From NCBI GenBank assembly GCA_052390235.1, contig JBQTHB010000003.1, forward strand, positions 32,001 through 96,000: DNA of 64,000 bases, given 5' to 3'. Below are positions 1 through 11,432 of this stretch, one piece after another. The translations under genes were made by a program, and so were the position numbers. Each line of letters begins with the position of its first letter. The first letter of the stretch is position 1. Below the pieces are notes generated by a model. That model ran no database searches and was not told where the DNA came from. It worked only from the letters and a program-made list of their open reading frames with translations. Source of the stretch: Deltaproteobacteria bacterium. Lineage in GTDB: Bacteria; Desulfobacterota_D; UBA1144; Nemesobacterales; CSP1-2.

Positions 1-235
1 ACCTCTTGATTGAAATTTGCATCGGTAATTTCGACGCTCATCGTATGCCTCCGAATATTTTGTGCTTGGGTTTTTAGATATAAGTTCGATGAATTTGGAT
101 TCATGGCAACATCGGAATGCGCGATTCAGGATGCAAGATGAAGGGAGTTTGAATCGCCAATCCGGCATCGCGATGCGGCGTCCCGTCCGGTTATTGACAA
201 TTTTCCATTCTATATGTTTACTCATTGGGGGGAAA

Positions 236-1318
236 ATGAGCCGCACTGCGCTGTACGAAATTCACCTTGAGCTTGGGGCGAAGGTAGTCGAGTTTGCCGG
301 CTGGCGGATGCCCGTTGAGTACTCCGGCATTCGAGAGGAACACCTCGCCGTAAGAGCGCGCGCCGGGCTATTCGACGTGAGCCACATGGGCGAGGTGGAA
401 GTGCGCGGCAGGCAGGCTCTGCAACTCTGCCAATGGGTTTTGACAAACGACCTCTGCGCGCTGAAACCCCTTGGGGCGCAGTACACGCTTATTTGCAACG
501 AGCAGGGCGGTGTGGTTGACGATGTTATCATCTATAAATTCTCGCAGGAGCGGTTTTTCATCTGCGTTAATGCCTCGAACACGGCGAAGGATTTCGATTG
601 GATAAAACGGGCAGAGGCAAAATTCGACGCCGAGGTCATAGACAGAAGCCGCGAATTTTCACAGCTCGCCTTTCAGGGCCCAGATTCCATGGCGGTATTG
701 GCTAAACTGCTCGGCTCGGAGATAAAATCGCTCAAGCGGTTTCATGTAGCCTGCGTCAAGCGGAATGGCTCGGAGCTTCTCATTGCCAGAACCGGCTATA
801 CGGGCGAGGACGGGGTTGAAATTTTCCTCCCCTGGGGCGACGCTCCGAAGCTCTGGAGAGAGATTTTAGACGCCGGATCGCAGTTTTGCGTCCTCCCATG
901 CGGACTCGGCGCAAGGGACACGTTGAGGGTCGAGATGGGCTACCCGCTCTACGGACACGAAATTGACGATACGACGAACCCTCTCGAGGCAGGCATCGGC
1001 AGATTCGTTAAAATCGGCAAGGGGGATTTTATCGGAAGGGCCGCCCTCGTTAAGGTTGCCGAGACTGGGGCAGAGAGAAAGCTCGCCGGCTTCGAGATGT
1101 CGGATAAGGGAATCCCGCGGCAGGGCTACGGCATCATAAAAAATGACTCTCAGATTGGCGCAGTTACAAGCGGCACGCTTTCGCCCTCGATGCAAAAAGC
1201 GGTCGGCATGGGCTACGTCCCCAGCGATATGAACATTGGAGATGAAATTGCAATAGAGATTCGCAGCGCCCGGAGGAAGGCAAAAATCGCCCCGCTTCCG
1301 TTTTACAAGCAGTTATAA
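236..1318 (+). CDS. gcvT: Glycine cleavage system aminomethyltransferase (T protein)
   Basis: FAGWRMPVEY, GLFDVSHMGE, RTGYTGEDG and GLGARDTLRVEMG motifs. Start moved to ATG 236 (GGGGG RBS-like run upstream). Followed by gcvH and gcvP. Confidence 0.96.
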   Translation: MSRTALYEIHLELGAKVVEFAGWRMPVEYSGIREEHLAVRARAGLFDVSHMGEVEVRGRQALQLCQWVLTNDLCALKPLGAQYTLICNEQGGVVDDVIIYKFSQERFFICVNASNTAKDFDWIKRAEAKFDAEVIDRSREFSQLAFQGPDSMAVLAKLLGSEIKSLKRFHVACVKRNGSELLIARTGYTGEDGVEIFLPWGDAPKLWREILDAGSQFCVLPCGLGARDTLRVEMGYPLYGHEIDDTTNPLEAGIGRFVKIGKGDFIGRAALVKVAETGAERKLAGFEMSDKGIPRQGYGIIKNDSQIGAVTSGTLSPSMQKAVGMGYVPSDMNIGDEIAIEIRSARRKAKIAPLPFYKQL

Positions 1319-1338
1319 ATCCTAAAAGAGAGGAGATT

Positions 1339-1734
1339 ATGGTCGAAACACCAGAAAAGCTGAGATACACAAAAGAACACGAGTGGGTGATGGTCGAAGG
1401 CGATTTGCTCGTCATCGGGATTACCGATTACGCCCAGGACGCGCTTGGAGAAATCGTCTATATTGAGCTTCCCGGCGAGGGAGACGAGGTTACGAAAAAC
1501 GACGCGTTCGGAGCAGTCGAATCCACGAAATCGGTTTCGGATTTATATTCGCCCATTAGCGGCGAGGTTGTAGAGGTGAACGAATCCCTTTTGGATTCCC
1601 CAGAAACCATAAATGAAGACCCCTACGGCGAGGGCTGGATGATAAAAGTGCGCCCCTACGACGCCGAAGAAATTGAAGAGTTGATGGATTCGGACGAGTA
1701 CTCGGAATTCATCGAAGAGGCAATGGAGAAATAG
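1339..1734 (+). CDS. gcvH: Glycine cleavage system H protein
   Basis: YTKEHEW, GITDYAQDALGEIVY, lipoyl-Lys motif VESTKSVSDLYSP, DPYGEGW. AGGAG RBS. Confidence 0.97.
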   Translation: MVETPEKLRYTKEHEWVMVEGDLLVIGITDYAQDALGEIVYIELPGEGDEVTKNDAFGAVESTKSVSDLYSPISGEVVEVNESLLDSPETINEDPYGEGWMIKVRPYDAEEIEELMDSDEYSEFIEEAMEK

Positions 1735-1819
1735 ACGAGCCAGATGATTCTCCAACCCTAGAGAAAACCCCGATAAATTCAATCAAATCCGCAATAAAAA
1801 ATGGAGTTTCATAAGCACA

Positions 1820-4672
1820 ATGAGAGATTTCGCCTCAAGGCACATCGGCGTCAGTAAGTCTGAGCTAGGGGAGATGCTCCGAGCTGTCGGAGTAGATTCT
1901 CTGGACGCTCTGATAGATGAGACCATTCCGGCTTCCATCCGATTGGAAAAGCCTCTAACCCTTCCCGAAGCTGTTAGCGAAAGCCGGTTTCTGGAGGAGA
2001 TGCGCCAAAAAGCCGGGAAGAATAAAACGCATAAATCCTACATCGGGCTTGGGTACTACGACTGCTTCACGCCGGGGGTGATTCAGCGCAATATTTTCGA
2101 GAACCCCGGCTGGTACACTCAGTACACCCCCTATCAAGCCGAAATCTCGCAGGGGAGACTCGAAGCCCTGCTGAATTTCCAGACAATGGTGATGGACCTG
2201 ACCGGGATGGAGGTCGCAAACGCCTCGCTTTTGGATGAAGGCACAGCCGCCGCCGAGGCAATGACGATGCTTGCCCGCCTGAGGGATAAAAAATCTGAGG
2301 GCAGAAACGCATTTTTCGTCTCGGACGGATGCTTCCCCCAAACAATTGACGTACTCAAATCGAGAGCGGCTCCGCTTGATATAGAGATTATCGTAGGCGG
2401 CGCGGAGGAGTTTGAATTCGGCGATAAAATATTCGGCGCGCTCGTTCAATACCCCGACGCGGACGGCGAGGCTAGGGATTACTCGCAGTTCGCCGCGAAG
2501 GCGAAGCAGGCGGGGGCGTTTCTAGCCGTCGCCGCAGACATCTTAAGCCTAACCCTGCTCAAGCCCCCCGGAGAGTGGGGAGCAGACGTCGTCGTAGGCT
2601 CGGCTCAGCGCTTAGGAGTCCCGATGGGCTACGGGGGCCCCCATGCCGCGTACTTTGCCACGAGAGATGAGTTCAAGCGTCAGATTCCGGGGCGCATCAT
2701 CGGGGTCTCGATTGACGCCCACGAACGTCTCGCCTACAGAATGGCGATTCAGACCAGAGAACAGCACATCCGCCGCGAGAAAGCCACATCGAACATCTGC
2801 ACGGCGCAGGCGCTACTCGCCATCATGGCAGGAATGTACGCCGTCTATCACGGAGGAGACGGTTTAATAGCCATAGCGCGGAAAATAAGAAACCTCGCAA
2901 AGACTCTCGAGGTGGGGTTATCGCAAATCGGATTTAGACAGCTCAATAGAGACTACTTCGATACGCTGAAAATCGAGGTGGGCAGCGCCGAGAGCTTGAA
3001 ATCCCTAGCCGAGGGGGCGGGGATGAATTTTCGCTATATTGATAGCCGCCATGTCGGAATATCGCTCGACGAGACGACAGAAATCGAGGACGCAGGGAAA
3101 ATCCTGGGGGTATTTGCCAAATCCCTAGGGAAAAAGGCTGAGCCTCGCGCCGAGGCGCAAGAGGCGGGGAAATTTCCCGAATCCCTAGCCCGAAAAAGCG
3201 GATTCCTCTCGCATCCTGTCTTCAGCCGCCATCAATCCGAGACGAAAATGCTCCGCTACATAAAGAGGCTAGAGGCGAGGGACCTGTCGCTGTGCGCCTC
3301 GATGATACCCCTCGGCTCATGCACGATGAAGCTCAATGCGACATCCGAGATGACCCCGCTTGGCTGGAGAGAATTCTCTAAAATCCACCCCTTTGCGCCC
3401 CTCGACCAGGCCCTAGGCTACGCCGAAATATTCACGGAGCTTGAGGGCTATCTATCGCAAATCACAGGGTTTGACGCCTGCTCCCTTCAGCCCAACTCAG
3501 GCGCCCAGGGGGAGTACGCCGGGCTTATGGTCATGAGGGCATATCACGGAGAGCGCCCAGGGGCATCAAGAAATGTCGTTCTCATCCCCTCGTCGGCTCA
3601 TGGGACGAATCCGGCAAGCGCCTCGATGGCGGGGATGAGGGTAGTGGTTGTGGAGTGCGACGAGGGGGGGAATATTGACCTCGGCGACCTATCGAAGAAG
3701 GCGGCGGCGAATCGGGACGCGCTGGCGGGGCTCATGATAACCTATCCATCCACGCACGGGGTGTTCGAGGAGAATATCCGCCTCATCTGCTCCGTGATTC
3801 ATGAACATGGGGGACTCGTCTATATGGACGGGGCAAATATGAACGCTCAGGCGGGTATCACCAATCCGGCGGCTATAGGGGCGGATTTGTGCCATCTGAA
3901 CCTCCATAAGACATTTAGCATACCTCACGGCGGAGGGGGGCCGGGCATGGGGCCCATCTGCGTGAAGAGGGAGCTTGCCCCCTATCTGCCGGGGCATAAA
4001 CTAATCCCCGTCGGAGGGGAGAGGGCAATTGCGGCGGTCTCATCAGCCCCGTGGGGAAGCGGAAGCATCCTGCTCATCTCCTACGGATACATTAGAATGC
4101 TGGGCGCAAGAGGGGTTGCGGACGCTACGAAATACGCCATATTGAACGCGAATTATCTCAAATCGAGGCTTGAGGGATATTATCCCGTGCTTTATACCGG
4201 TAGCCGCGGCAGAGTCGCCCACGAGATGATACTAGACCTTAGGCAGATGAAATCTCAGGCTAAGATTGAGGTCGAGGACGTCGCCAAACGGCTCATGGAC
4301 TTCGGATTTCACGCCCCGACGGTTTCGTGGCCCGTTCCCGGAACAATCATGATAGAGCCTACCGAAAGTGAGTCCAAAGATGAACTAGACCGCTTCGCCG
4401 ACGCTCTTATCGCCATCTGCGAAGAGGCAAGGGAGATTGCCGAGGGGAGAATGGACGCGGCTGATAACCCACTCAAGCGCGCGCCTCACACGGCGGCGGA
4501 AGCGACGTCAGATGATTGGAAACACCCGTACTCAAGGGCGAAAGCCGCATACCCACTCCCCTATTTGATGGAGGGGAAGTTTTGGCCCCCTGTGGGCAGA
4601 ATCAACAACGCTTGGGGAGATAAGAATTTGGTCTGCTCCTGCCCGCCGCTGGACGACTACAGGGATTCATAA
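1820..4672 (+). CDS. gcvP: Glycine dehydrogenase (decarboxylating), single-chain P protein
   Basis: 950 aa. [36 protein letters not shown] motif [16 protein letters not shown]. Confidence 0.97.
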   Translation: MRDFASRHIGVSKSELGEMLRAVGVDSLDALIDETIPASIRLEKPLTLPEAVSESRFLEEMRQKAGKNKTHKSYIGLGYYDCFTPGVIQRNIFENPGWYTQYTPYQAEISQGRLEALLNFQTMVMDLTGMEVANASLLDEGTAAAEAMTMLARLRDKKSEGRNAFFVSDGCFPQTIDVLKSRAAPLDIEIIVGGAEEFEFGDKIFGALVQYPDADGEARDYSQFAAKAKQAGAFLAVAADILSLTLLKPPGEWGADVVVGSAQRLGVPMGYGGPHAAYFATRDEFKRQIPGRIIGVSIDAHERLAYRMAIQTREQHIRREKATSNICTAQALLAIMAGMYAVYHGGDGLIAIARKIRNLAKTLEVGLSQIGFRQLNRDYFDTLKIEVGSAESLKSLAEGAGMNFRYIDSRHVGISLDETTEIEDAGKILGVFAKSLGKKAEPRAEAQEAGKFPESLARKSGFLSHPVFSRHQSETKMLRYIKRLEARDLSLCASMIPLGSCTMKLNATSEMTPLGWREFSKIHPFAPLDQALGYAEIFTELEGYLSQITGFDACSLQPNSGAQGEYAGLMVMRAYHGERPGASRNVVLIPSSAHGTNPASASMAGMRVVVVECDEGGNIDLGDLSKKAAANRDALAGLMITYPSTHGVFEENIRLICSVIHEHGGLVYMDGANMNAQAGITNPAAIGADLCHLNLHKTFSIPHGGGGPGMGPICVKRELAPYLPGHKLIPVGGERAIAAVSSAPWGSGSILLISYGYIRMLGARGVADATKYAILNANYLKSRLEGYYPVLYTGSRGRVAHEMILDLRQMKSQAKIEVEDVAKRLMDFGFHAPTVSWPVPGTIMIEPTESESKDELDRFADALIAICEEAREIAEGRMDAADNPLKRAPHTAAEATSDDWKHPYSRAKAAYPLPYLMEGKFWPPVGRINNAWGDKNLVCSCPPLDDYRDS

Positions 4673-4753
4673 TATATATCAGGCTCGGATTTCCCCAGAT
4701 GCGGCTCGAAGTGGCAAAACAGTAGGGGGAATCAGGATGCCAGATGGCGAGAT

Positions 4754-5704
4754 TTAGAGCTTTATCTCGATATAAGCCGTCTTTTTTACGTCGTCGAGAA
4801 ACGAGCCGATAATTTTCTCTAGTTTTTCCTGATAAATCGCGTCCCTGATTTGCTCCCTCGCAATTTCAAGCGACGGGGCCTGGGCTTTTTTCTTGTCCGT
4901 AACCTTCAGAACGTGGTATCCGGCGGCGGTTCTCACGGGGCCCACTACATCGCCCACGGGAGTGCCGATGAGGGCTTTTTCAAGCTCCGGCGCCATATCG
5001 CCCTTTTTAAAATATCCGAGGTCTCCGCCGTTTTGCGCCGAGGAGTCGTCCTTTGAATATTGCTTTGCTAGCTGTTTGAAATCCCTTCCCGATTCAGCAA
5101 GCCTCAGAACCGCAAGCGCGAGCTTTTCGCCTCTGGCTTCGGCTTCCGGTGTCTGCGCGGTGATGGCTATTACGATGTGCGATACTCTGAATTCCTCTAT
5201 GGTTTCAATAGTGGCGGAATTCTCGTCGTAATAGTTTTTTACCTCGTCCTCGGTTACGACTATCTGCCCTTTGACTCGGTTGGATATTATCTTATTCATG
5301 AGCAGTTGCCGACGCCACTGGTCTCGGAAGCCCTCCATGGTGAGGTTTTGCTTTTTGAGGGTTTTGGCCATCTCGGCTTCGTTCAATCCGAAGCGATTTT
5401 GGATGCCCTGAATTGTAGTCTCGACCTCGGCGTCGGTTACGAAAAAGCCCTGTTTCTTAGCTTCTTGTTCAAGGAGTTTTTGCTCGATGAGCTGGTCGAG
5501 TATTAACTTTCTCTCCTCTTCAGATAACCGTTTTTTGGATTTGGAGACAAGCGAGCCCTCGGCGTCCTCAAGCTCCGAGAGGGTGATAAGGTCGCTGTTG
5601 ACGACGGCTACGATTCTGTCAACGACCTCGGCTAAGCCCGGCAGAGGGGCGGCGAGGATGAAAAATGCCGAATATGCTAATAAGAGTTTAATTTGCTTGT
5701 TCAT
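4754..5704 (-). CDS. surA: SurA-like periplasmic chaperone / peptidyl-prolyl isomerase
   Basis: Signal peptide, VDRIVAVVN SurA N-domain, parvulin motif FKQLAKQYSKD...GGDLGY. Lies downstream of mfd. Confidence 0.85.
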   Translation of the reverse strand: MNKQIKLLLAYSAFFILAAPLPGLAEVVDRIVAVVNSDLITLSELEDAEGSLVSKSKKRLSEEERKLILDQLIEQKLLEQEAKKQGFFVTDAEVETTIQGIQNRFGLNEAEMAKTLKKQNLTMEGFRDQWRRQLLMNKIISNRVKGQIVVTEDEVKNYYDENSATIETIEEFRVSHIVIAITAQTPEAEARGEKLALAVLRLAESGRDFKQLAKQYSKDDSSAQNGGDLGYFKKGDMAPELEKALIGTPVGDVVGPVRTAAGYHVLKVTDKKKAQAPSLEIAREQIRDAIYQEKLEKIIGSFLDDVKKTAYIEIKL

Positions 5705-6602
5705 TGAGGTTTATCTCCTTGAGTGCATTTTCAAATACCTGAACCTCTGCGCCCGCCCGGAGGGTTTCAATGTATTCGAGAAACATCTTTTTCTTGAGTT
5801 CAAGTTCAATATCCCCCCTCGCCTCTTCAAACGGCGCGGGTTTCGGGGCTTCTGTGGCTTTGACAACATAAAATCCGTTGGGGATTTCTATGGGCGCGCT
5901 TATTTCCCCCTCAGCGAGTCTGAATATCACATTCTCTATATCAATGGGAAGCCTGCCCTTCGGAACATAGCCCGTGTCTCCGCCCTTTGCTTTAGTGGTC
6001 GGCTCATCCGAGAAACGCTCGACGAGAGTTTCAAACGGCTGTCCTGCTCTTGCCTTTTTCAGTACGGACTCCGCCTCGGTTTTCGCTTTTCCCATAGCGG
6101 CGGCATCGGTGGATTCGGCTTGAATAAATATGATGCTGAGCCTCACGCGCTTGAAACTCTCGACATTCCCGTTATAGAAGGCGAGCAGATCCTCTTCGGA
6201 TGCTCCCTGTTTTTCCATCTCCTGGCCGAGGGCTTGAATCAGGACGCGCATTTTATAGGCTTCTAAGTTCTCTTTAATATCGGCTCGCTGGTCAAATCCC
6301 CGCTTCTGGGCTTCCTCAGCCAAGATGATTTGGTCTATGTAGGATTGCAGGTACTCGGTGAGTTTTTCAGTCGAGGAGAGGTACAGAAACATCTGCTGCG
6401 GGGGGAGGGTTCTCACGGAGGTTACAAGCTCGCCGCTGGTGATTTTTCTCGCTCCCACCTGCGCTACAACCGCCTGCCCGCCGGCTACCCCTTCCTGCTT
6501 CGCCGCACTCTCGTCCTTAGCCTCGTTATAGAATTTATCGAAATCACTGCAGGCAGTGGCAAATGCCGCGGCAGATATAAGCAAAACCAGAATTTTTAGC
6601 AT
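5688..6602 (-). CDS. PpiC-type (parvulin) peptidyl-prolyl isomerase lipoprotein
   Basis: Lipobox-like FATAC. FETLVERFSDE..KAKGGDTGY rotamase motif. Confidence 0.82.
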   Translation of the reverse strand: MLKILVLLISAAAFATACSDFDKFYNEAKDESAAKQEGVAGGQAVVAQVGARKITSGELVTSVRTLPPQQMFLYLSSTEKLTEYLQSYIDQIILAEEAQKRGFDQRADIKENLEAYKMRVLIQALGQEMEKQGASEEDLLAFYNGNVESFKRVRLSIIFIQAESTDAAAMGKAKTEAESVLKKARAGQPFETLVERFSDEPTTKAKGGDTGYVPKGRLPIDIENVIFRLAEGEISAPIEIPNGFYVVKATEAPKPAPFEEARGDIELELKKKMFLEYIETLRAGAEVQVFENALKEINLNEQAN

Positions 6603-6641
6603 CTAGCATATTCTCCCATGAAATTTCTCCCGAATAAACGG

Positions 6642-9600
6642 CTACGATGCGCCAACGCCGCCGCTTTTAACCCCTTCTCCCCTAGCGAGCGCCCCGAGAA
6701 CCTTCATTGTCAAGGCTAGCGGATTGCCCGGCTTGAGCGGCGCTCTGAGCCTTCCGGCAGGGCGATACCGCCACGCAAACGGCGAATTTTCGACAAACAT
6801 TATAACCGCTTCTTCGTCCGTTATCTCTATCTTGCGTATAAAAAGCCGCTCCATCTCGATTTTCATCTCGGCTATGCGCAGGAGATTTTCTGCCGCGCCG
6901 GGCAACGCCCCGAACCTGTCCCCAAGTTCTAGCTCCAGCTCGCGCGCACCTGCCGCCGCCTTAAGGGACGATATTTTTTTGTAATAAACGAGCCGCGCTC
7001 TCTCGTCGCTTATGTAATCATCGGATAGGAACGCGGGGAGATGGGTCTTGATTTCAGGCTCAAAGACGGCGGCAGAGCCCTCATCCTCCCTTTTAAGCTC
7101 CCTCACGGCGGCATCGAGCATATCCAAATACATCTCAAGCCCGACCTCCTTTATGTGTCCCGACTGCGCCTCGCCGAAGAGGTTGCCCGCCCCTCGAATC
7201 TCAAGGTCTGAGAGGGCGAGTTTATAGCCCGCGCCCAAATCCCTTAGCTCCACTATCGCCTGAAGCCTCCTCTTGGCAAGCGGCGAGAGCGACTGCGGGC
7301 GTGAGACTATCAGATAGGCCCAAGCCTTTTTCGTTGACCTCCCCACCCTGCCTCTGAGCTGATAGAGGTCGGCAAGCCCGAAATCCTCCGCCTCGTTTAT
7401 GATTATCGTATTTGCGCGGGGAATATCCAAGCCCGACTCCACTATCGCCGTCGTAACTAGCACGTCCGTCTGCCCTGAGATGAATTTGCCGATGCTCCCC
7501 TCGAGGCGCTCCTCGTCCATTTTGCCGTGTGTAACGTCTATCCGCGCCTCCGGCACGAGTTCCCCTATTCGGGACGCTATCTCGTATATGTCCTGAATCC
7601 TGTTGTGGATAAAAAAAACGCACCCTCCCCTCTGCATCTCCCTTTGAATTGCCTCTCGAATCAGCGGCGGGCTATACTGGCAGACCTTCGTCTCGACAGC
7701 CTGCCTGCCTTCAGGCGGGGTGTTTATGAGGCTCACGTCGCGGATTCCGGCAAGGGATAGCTGAAGCGTGCGCGGGATGGGGGTCGCGCTCAGGGTGAGG
7801 GTGTCGAGTCCCTTTTTGACGCGCTTGAGCTTTTCTTTATGCGCCACGCCGAATTTCTGCTCTTCGTCAATTATGAGCAGTCCCAGGTCTCGAAACCCTA
7901 TCTTATCTCCGAGGAGTTTATGGGTGCCGATGATAATATCCAGAGAGCCTTCCTCCAGTTTTTTGAGGATTTCTTTGGTCTCGCGAGGGGTTTTAAACCT
8001 CGACAGCATATCCACGGTTATGGGATAGGGCTTCAGCCGCTCGGCGGCAGTCGTGTAGTGCTGATAGACGAGCAGAGTCGTCGGGGCGAGAAAAGCGACC
8101 TGCTTGCCGGCGGCGGCGGCTTTGAATGCGGCCCTGAGTGCTACCTCGGTTTTGCCGAAGCCCACGTCGCCGCAGATGAGCCTGTCCATAGGCTTCGGGG
8201 ACTCCATATCGAGCATAACGTCCTCGATGGCGGCTTCTTGGTCGGAGGTCTCTTCATAGGGAAACGACAGCTCAAACTCCCGGAACTCGGCATCTCTGGG
8301 AGGGAATTGATGCCCCTGAATGGATTTTCTCTCGGCGTAGAGGACGAGGATTTCCCTTGCCACGGTCTCGACGGCTCTTCTGACCCTCTTAATTACTTTT
8401 TTCCAGTTTTCGTGTCCGAGCTTGTCAACACGGGGCGGCGCGCCGTCGCAGATGTAGCGCTGAACGAGCTTGAGCTTATCCACCGGCACATAGACTTTAT
8501 CCCCGCCCTGATACTCGCAGTGAATGAAATCCCCATCGACGCTATTGATTTTGAGCCTCTGAAGCCCCCTAAATATACCGATGCCGAACTCGGCGTGAAC
8601 TATGTAGTCGCCGGATTTCAGCTCCCCGAAAGAGGTTATAAAAGCCGAGGGAACATCCCTCCTCGCCGAGGGTTTGACGGGTTTGCGCTCGCCGAATATT
8701 TCACCCTCCGTGATTAGGGCAATCCCCTCCTCCGGTAGAATAAATCCTGAAGAGGGCGCGCCGATTCTGATTTCGACATCTCTCATGCGCCTCTCGGCGA
8801 GGATTTTCGCAAATTTCTTTGCCTCGGCTTCAGTCTGAAGGGCGATATAAACGGCAAAAGAATGGGATTTCCAGCCCGCAATCCGGCTTGCGAGGTCGTC
8901 AAAGGGGGAATGCCGTCCGTCCGGCGGGAGCGCGGGGTGAGCCTCGGACGGTATGCATACGCTCTCGGCTCCTGGCTCGTCCAGCTGCACGTCGTCGAGA
9001 ATAATCCTCCTAAAGCGCGAAAGTTGGGTGGCAAGGGCGGCGTCGCCTGTAAAAAGCCCCTCTGCCGCGGGCGCGGCTTTAAACCCGCTCCGAAGCAGGG
9101 AGTCGAGCCTGGGCAAGGAGGCGAGGAAATCGGCTTGGGATTTTTTAATCCCGCCCGGATTGTCGAGAACTATCACAGTATCGGGGGATATGTAATCGAG
9201 GGGGGAGCGCAATTGGGAGTAAAAAAGAGGCATCAGCCAGTCAATTTGGGGGAGGCTTCGGGGGGTTTTAATTTTCTCGATAAGGGCGCGGCGGGCGGGC
9301 GCGGAAAGCTCCATATCGGAGGTCATCTCCTGCACCCAGGAGATGGCGCGGCTCTGAGCCTCAGGGGTTAGAATCACCTCCCCTGCCGGAAGCGCCGCCG
9401 CCTCTTTAATTCTCTCAATTGACCTCTGGTCTCCAGCGCTGAAATACCGAAGCGATGCGACCTCGTCCCCAAGAAATTCAACCCTCACCGGATTTCCCGC
9501 CGCAGGAGAGAAAAAATCCACTATCCCTCCCCTCGCGCTCATATCCCCCTCTTTCTCCACTAAATCCGCTGTGGAGTACCCAATCGAGCCGAGATTTGAT

Positions 9601-10067
9601 ATGAAATCCTCCCGTGAGAGCGGCTGTCCGGTTTTAATGCGAATCCGAGAGGCTAGGAATAAATCTTGGGGAGGGAGCTTTTCAAATAACGCCTCGGCGT
9701 AGGCTATGGATATAGCTGCCTGCGGGGCGGCGCTCATCCAACCGAGCCGCATCGAGGAGGCATCGGAGGGGGATTTCATCAGGGCATCGTCGGAGGGAAA
9801 CTCCCTAGGGGGGAGAACGGGCGGCTCACATCCGGTAAAGAAGGCAAAATCCCTACTAGCTGCCTGCGCCATCTCGGCTGAGGAGGCAATGTACAGAATC
9901 CGAACCGAGGCGACGCGCGCAAGCTCGGCAAGTATGTAGAATTTAGATGAGCCTCGGAGGGGAGAGATTACTACCGACGACTCATCGGCTCTCAGTATTT
10001 CAGCAATGCGGGCGACGCCGGGGCTATTTTGAACGGCGGCATTAAGCGGCTTAATTTTAAATGACAT
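6642..10067 (-). CDS. mfd: Transcription-repair coupling factor
   Basis: UvrB-like RGGIVDFF, CarD-like RID domain, MDRLICGDVGFGKTEVA, DEEQKFGV, QLRGRVGRS, DLEIRGAGN and TRCF C-terminus. Start assumed at ATG 10067. Confidence 0.95.
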   Translation of the reverse strand: MSFKIKPLNAAVQNSPGVARIAEILRADESSVVISPLRGSSKFYILAELARVASVRILYIASSAEMAQAASRDFAFFTGCEPPVLPPREFPSDDALMKSPSDASSMRLGWMSAAPQAAISIAYAEALFEKLPPQDLFLASRIRIKTGQPLSREDFISNLGSIGYSTADLVEKEGDMSARGGIVDFFSPAAGNPVRVEFLGDEVASLRYFSAGDQRSIERIKEAAALPAGEVILTPEAQSRAISWVQEMTSDMELSAPARRALIEKIKTPRSLPQIDWLMPLFYSQLRSPLDYISPDTVIVLDNPGGIKKSQADFLASLPRLDSLLRSGFKAAPAAEGLFTGDAALATQLSRFRRIILDDVQLDEPGAESVCIPSEAHPALPPDGRHSPFDDLASRIAGWKSHSFAVYIALQTEAEAKKFAKILAERRMRDVEIRIGAPSSGFILPEEGIALITEGEIFGERKPVKPSARRDVPSAFITSFGELKSGDYIVHAEFGIGIFRGLQRLKINSVDGDFIHCEYQGGDKVYVPVDKLKLVQRYICDGAPPRVDKLGHENWKKVIKRVRRAVETVAREILVLYAERKSIQGHQFPPRDAEFREFELSFPYEETSDQEAAIEDVMLDMESPKPMDRLICGDVGFGKTEVALRAAFKAAAAGKQVAFLAPTTLLVYQHYTTAAERLKPYPITVDMLSRFKTPRETKEILKKLEEGSLDIIIGTHKLLGDKIGFRDLGLLIIDEEQKFGVAHKEKLKRVKKGLDTLTLSATPIPRTLQLSLAGIRDVSLINTPPEGRQAVETKVCQYSPPLIREAIQREMQRGGCVFFIHNRIQDIYEIASRIGELVPEARIDVTHGKMDEERLEGSIGKFISGQTDVLVTTAIVESGLDIPRANTIIINEAEDFGLADLYQLRGRVGRSTKKAWAYLIVSRPQSLSPLAKRRLQAIVELRDLGAGYKLALSDLEIRGAGNLFGEAQSGHIKEVGLEMYLDMLDAAVRELKREDEGSAAVFEPEIKTHLPAFLSDDYISDERARLVYYKKISSLKAAAGARELELELGDRFGALPGAAENLLRIAEMKIEMERLFIRKIEITDEEAVIMFVENSPFAWRYRPAGRLRAPLKPGNPLALTMKVLGALARGEGVKSGGVGAS

Positions 10068-10328
10068 CCGAGGTAGTATAAACGAAACCGCGGCGTGGGC
10101 TAAACATCGGGGGGCAATATATGAAAATCCCGCATCCGAATTCCCCATTTATCCTCGGAGCAGTTCCCGCAGAGCCAGCCCTAAATGTACAAACTTCACG
10201 ACGGAGAGTGTATATTCTCTATAATCAATCCCCGAATCGAAAATCCGCGCCATCCGCAGGGAATAGTTTTCATCTTGCGCCGCGCATCTCGCATCGTGTA
10301 TCCTGTGGACTCCGAGGAGGATGAAGCG

Positions 10329-11069
10329 ATGATAATCACAACCGAGTACGTAGATATTCCGGCGAGCGGCGGGCTGGCGCGAGCGTTTGTCGCCTCGCCG
10401 AGGGCTGAGGGCAGGTATCCGGGTATAGTTTTCTACTCCGATATTTTCCAACTCACAGGCACTATGGCGAGGTCGTGCGCCAGGCTTGCGGGATACGGAT
10501 TCGTAGTCGCCGCCCCCGAAATTTACCGCCGCATCGAGCCTTCGGGACTCGTAATTCCCTTTGACGACGCCGGACGGGAGCGCGGGCTAAAGGACGCCTC
10601 GATGACCCCAGTAGCCGATTTCGACGCCGACTGCCGCTCGGTTTTGGATTATCTGCGCGCGCACAGAAAAGTCGCCGCCGGGAAGATTGGAGCGGCGGGG
10701 TTTTGCATCGGCGGACACCTCTCGTTTCGCGCCGCTCTTCAGCCGGACGTTCGGGCTGGGGTCTGTTTTTACGGCACGGGGATTCACAACGGCAAATTGG
10801 GCAGGGACGAGGACGCGGGGTCGCTGCAAAGAGCGGCTGAAATCAGAGGGGATATTCTACTCGTGTGGGGACTGCGGGACCCTCACATCGAGGAGAGCGC
10901 GAGGGACAGGATAAGGGCGTCTCTTAGCGCCGCCGGAGTGAATTTTCAGGAGCGCCTCCTGGACGGCGAACACGCCTTCATGCGAGACGAAGGGGCGCGC
11001 TTCGACCCGGAGGCGACAGACCTCGCATTTGGCGAGATGGTAGCCCTATTCCGGCGGGTATTGTCTTAA
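10329..11069 (+). CDS. Dienelactone hydrolase family protein
   Basis: GFCIGG nucleophile motif and HAFMRDEG. GAGGAGG RBS upstream of ATG 10329. Confidence 0.9.
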   Translation: MIITTEYVDIPASGGLARAFVASPRAEGRYPGIVFYSDIFQLTGTMARSCARLAGYGFVVAAPEIYRRIEPSGLVIPFDDAGRERGLKDASMTPVADFDADCRSVLDYLRAHRKVAAGKIGAAGFCIGGHLSFRAALQPDVRAGVCFYGTGIHNGKLGRDEDAGSLQRAAEIRGDILLVWGLRDPHIEESARDRIRASLSAAGVNFQERLLDGEHAFMRDEGARFDPEATDLAFGEMVALFRRVLS

Positions 11070-11074
11070 AACGG

Positions 11075-11398
11075 CTATTTTGAGTAATGCAGGGCGAGCC
11101 ACACGGTTTTCTGGGATGAATCTGTCCACTCGACCCTGTGGCGTTTTTGCGCCGGGATGTTTAGGAAATCTCCTGGGCGCATCACTGAGACAATTTCGTC
11201 CCCTTGGAATCTGATGCCCGCGCCGCCCGAGAGCAGGGCTACCCACTCATCCCGCTCCTGCGCGAGCCACTCGCCCGGCGGGGTTGCCTGCCCCGATGAG
11301 ACTATCCGCTCAAGCCTGAATCCAGCGCTCTCAACCAGCGAATCAAATGCCTCAGCGGCTGAGTGCGCCGGAGCGTCAAAGAGATTGGGCAGTTTCAT
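11075..11398 (-). CDS. Cupin domain protein
   Basis: RLERIVSSGQATP..W..QERDEWV and IPAQKRHRVEWT motifs. Start at ATG 11398. Confidence 0.85.
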   Translation of the reverse strand: MKLPNLFDAPAHSAAEAFDSLVESAGFRLERIVSSGQATPPGEWLAQERDEWVALLSGGAGIRFQGDEIVSVMRPGDFLNIPAQKRHRVEWTDSSQKTVWLALHYSK

Positions 11399-11432
11399 AG
11401 AATCCCCCCGGGAGCGCCGCAGCATCCCGCGC

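Noticed and set aside
1..235. Possible glycine riboswitch upstream of gcvT
   Set aside because: No recognisable aptamer core seen, and a TTGACA at 194-199 suggests only a short leader.
5487..8717. Long plus-strand ORFs (259 aa, 292 aa) opposite ppiC/mfd
   Set aside because: Antisense to well-conserved genes with no motifs, as expected in GC-rich DNA.
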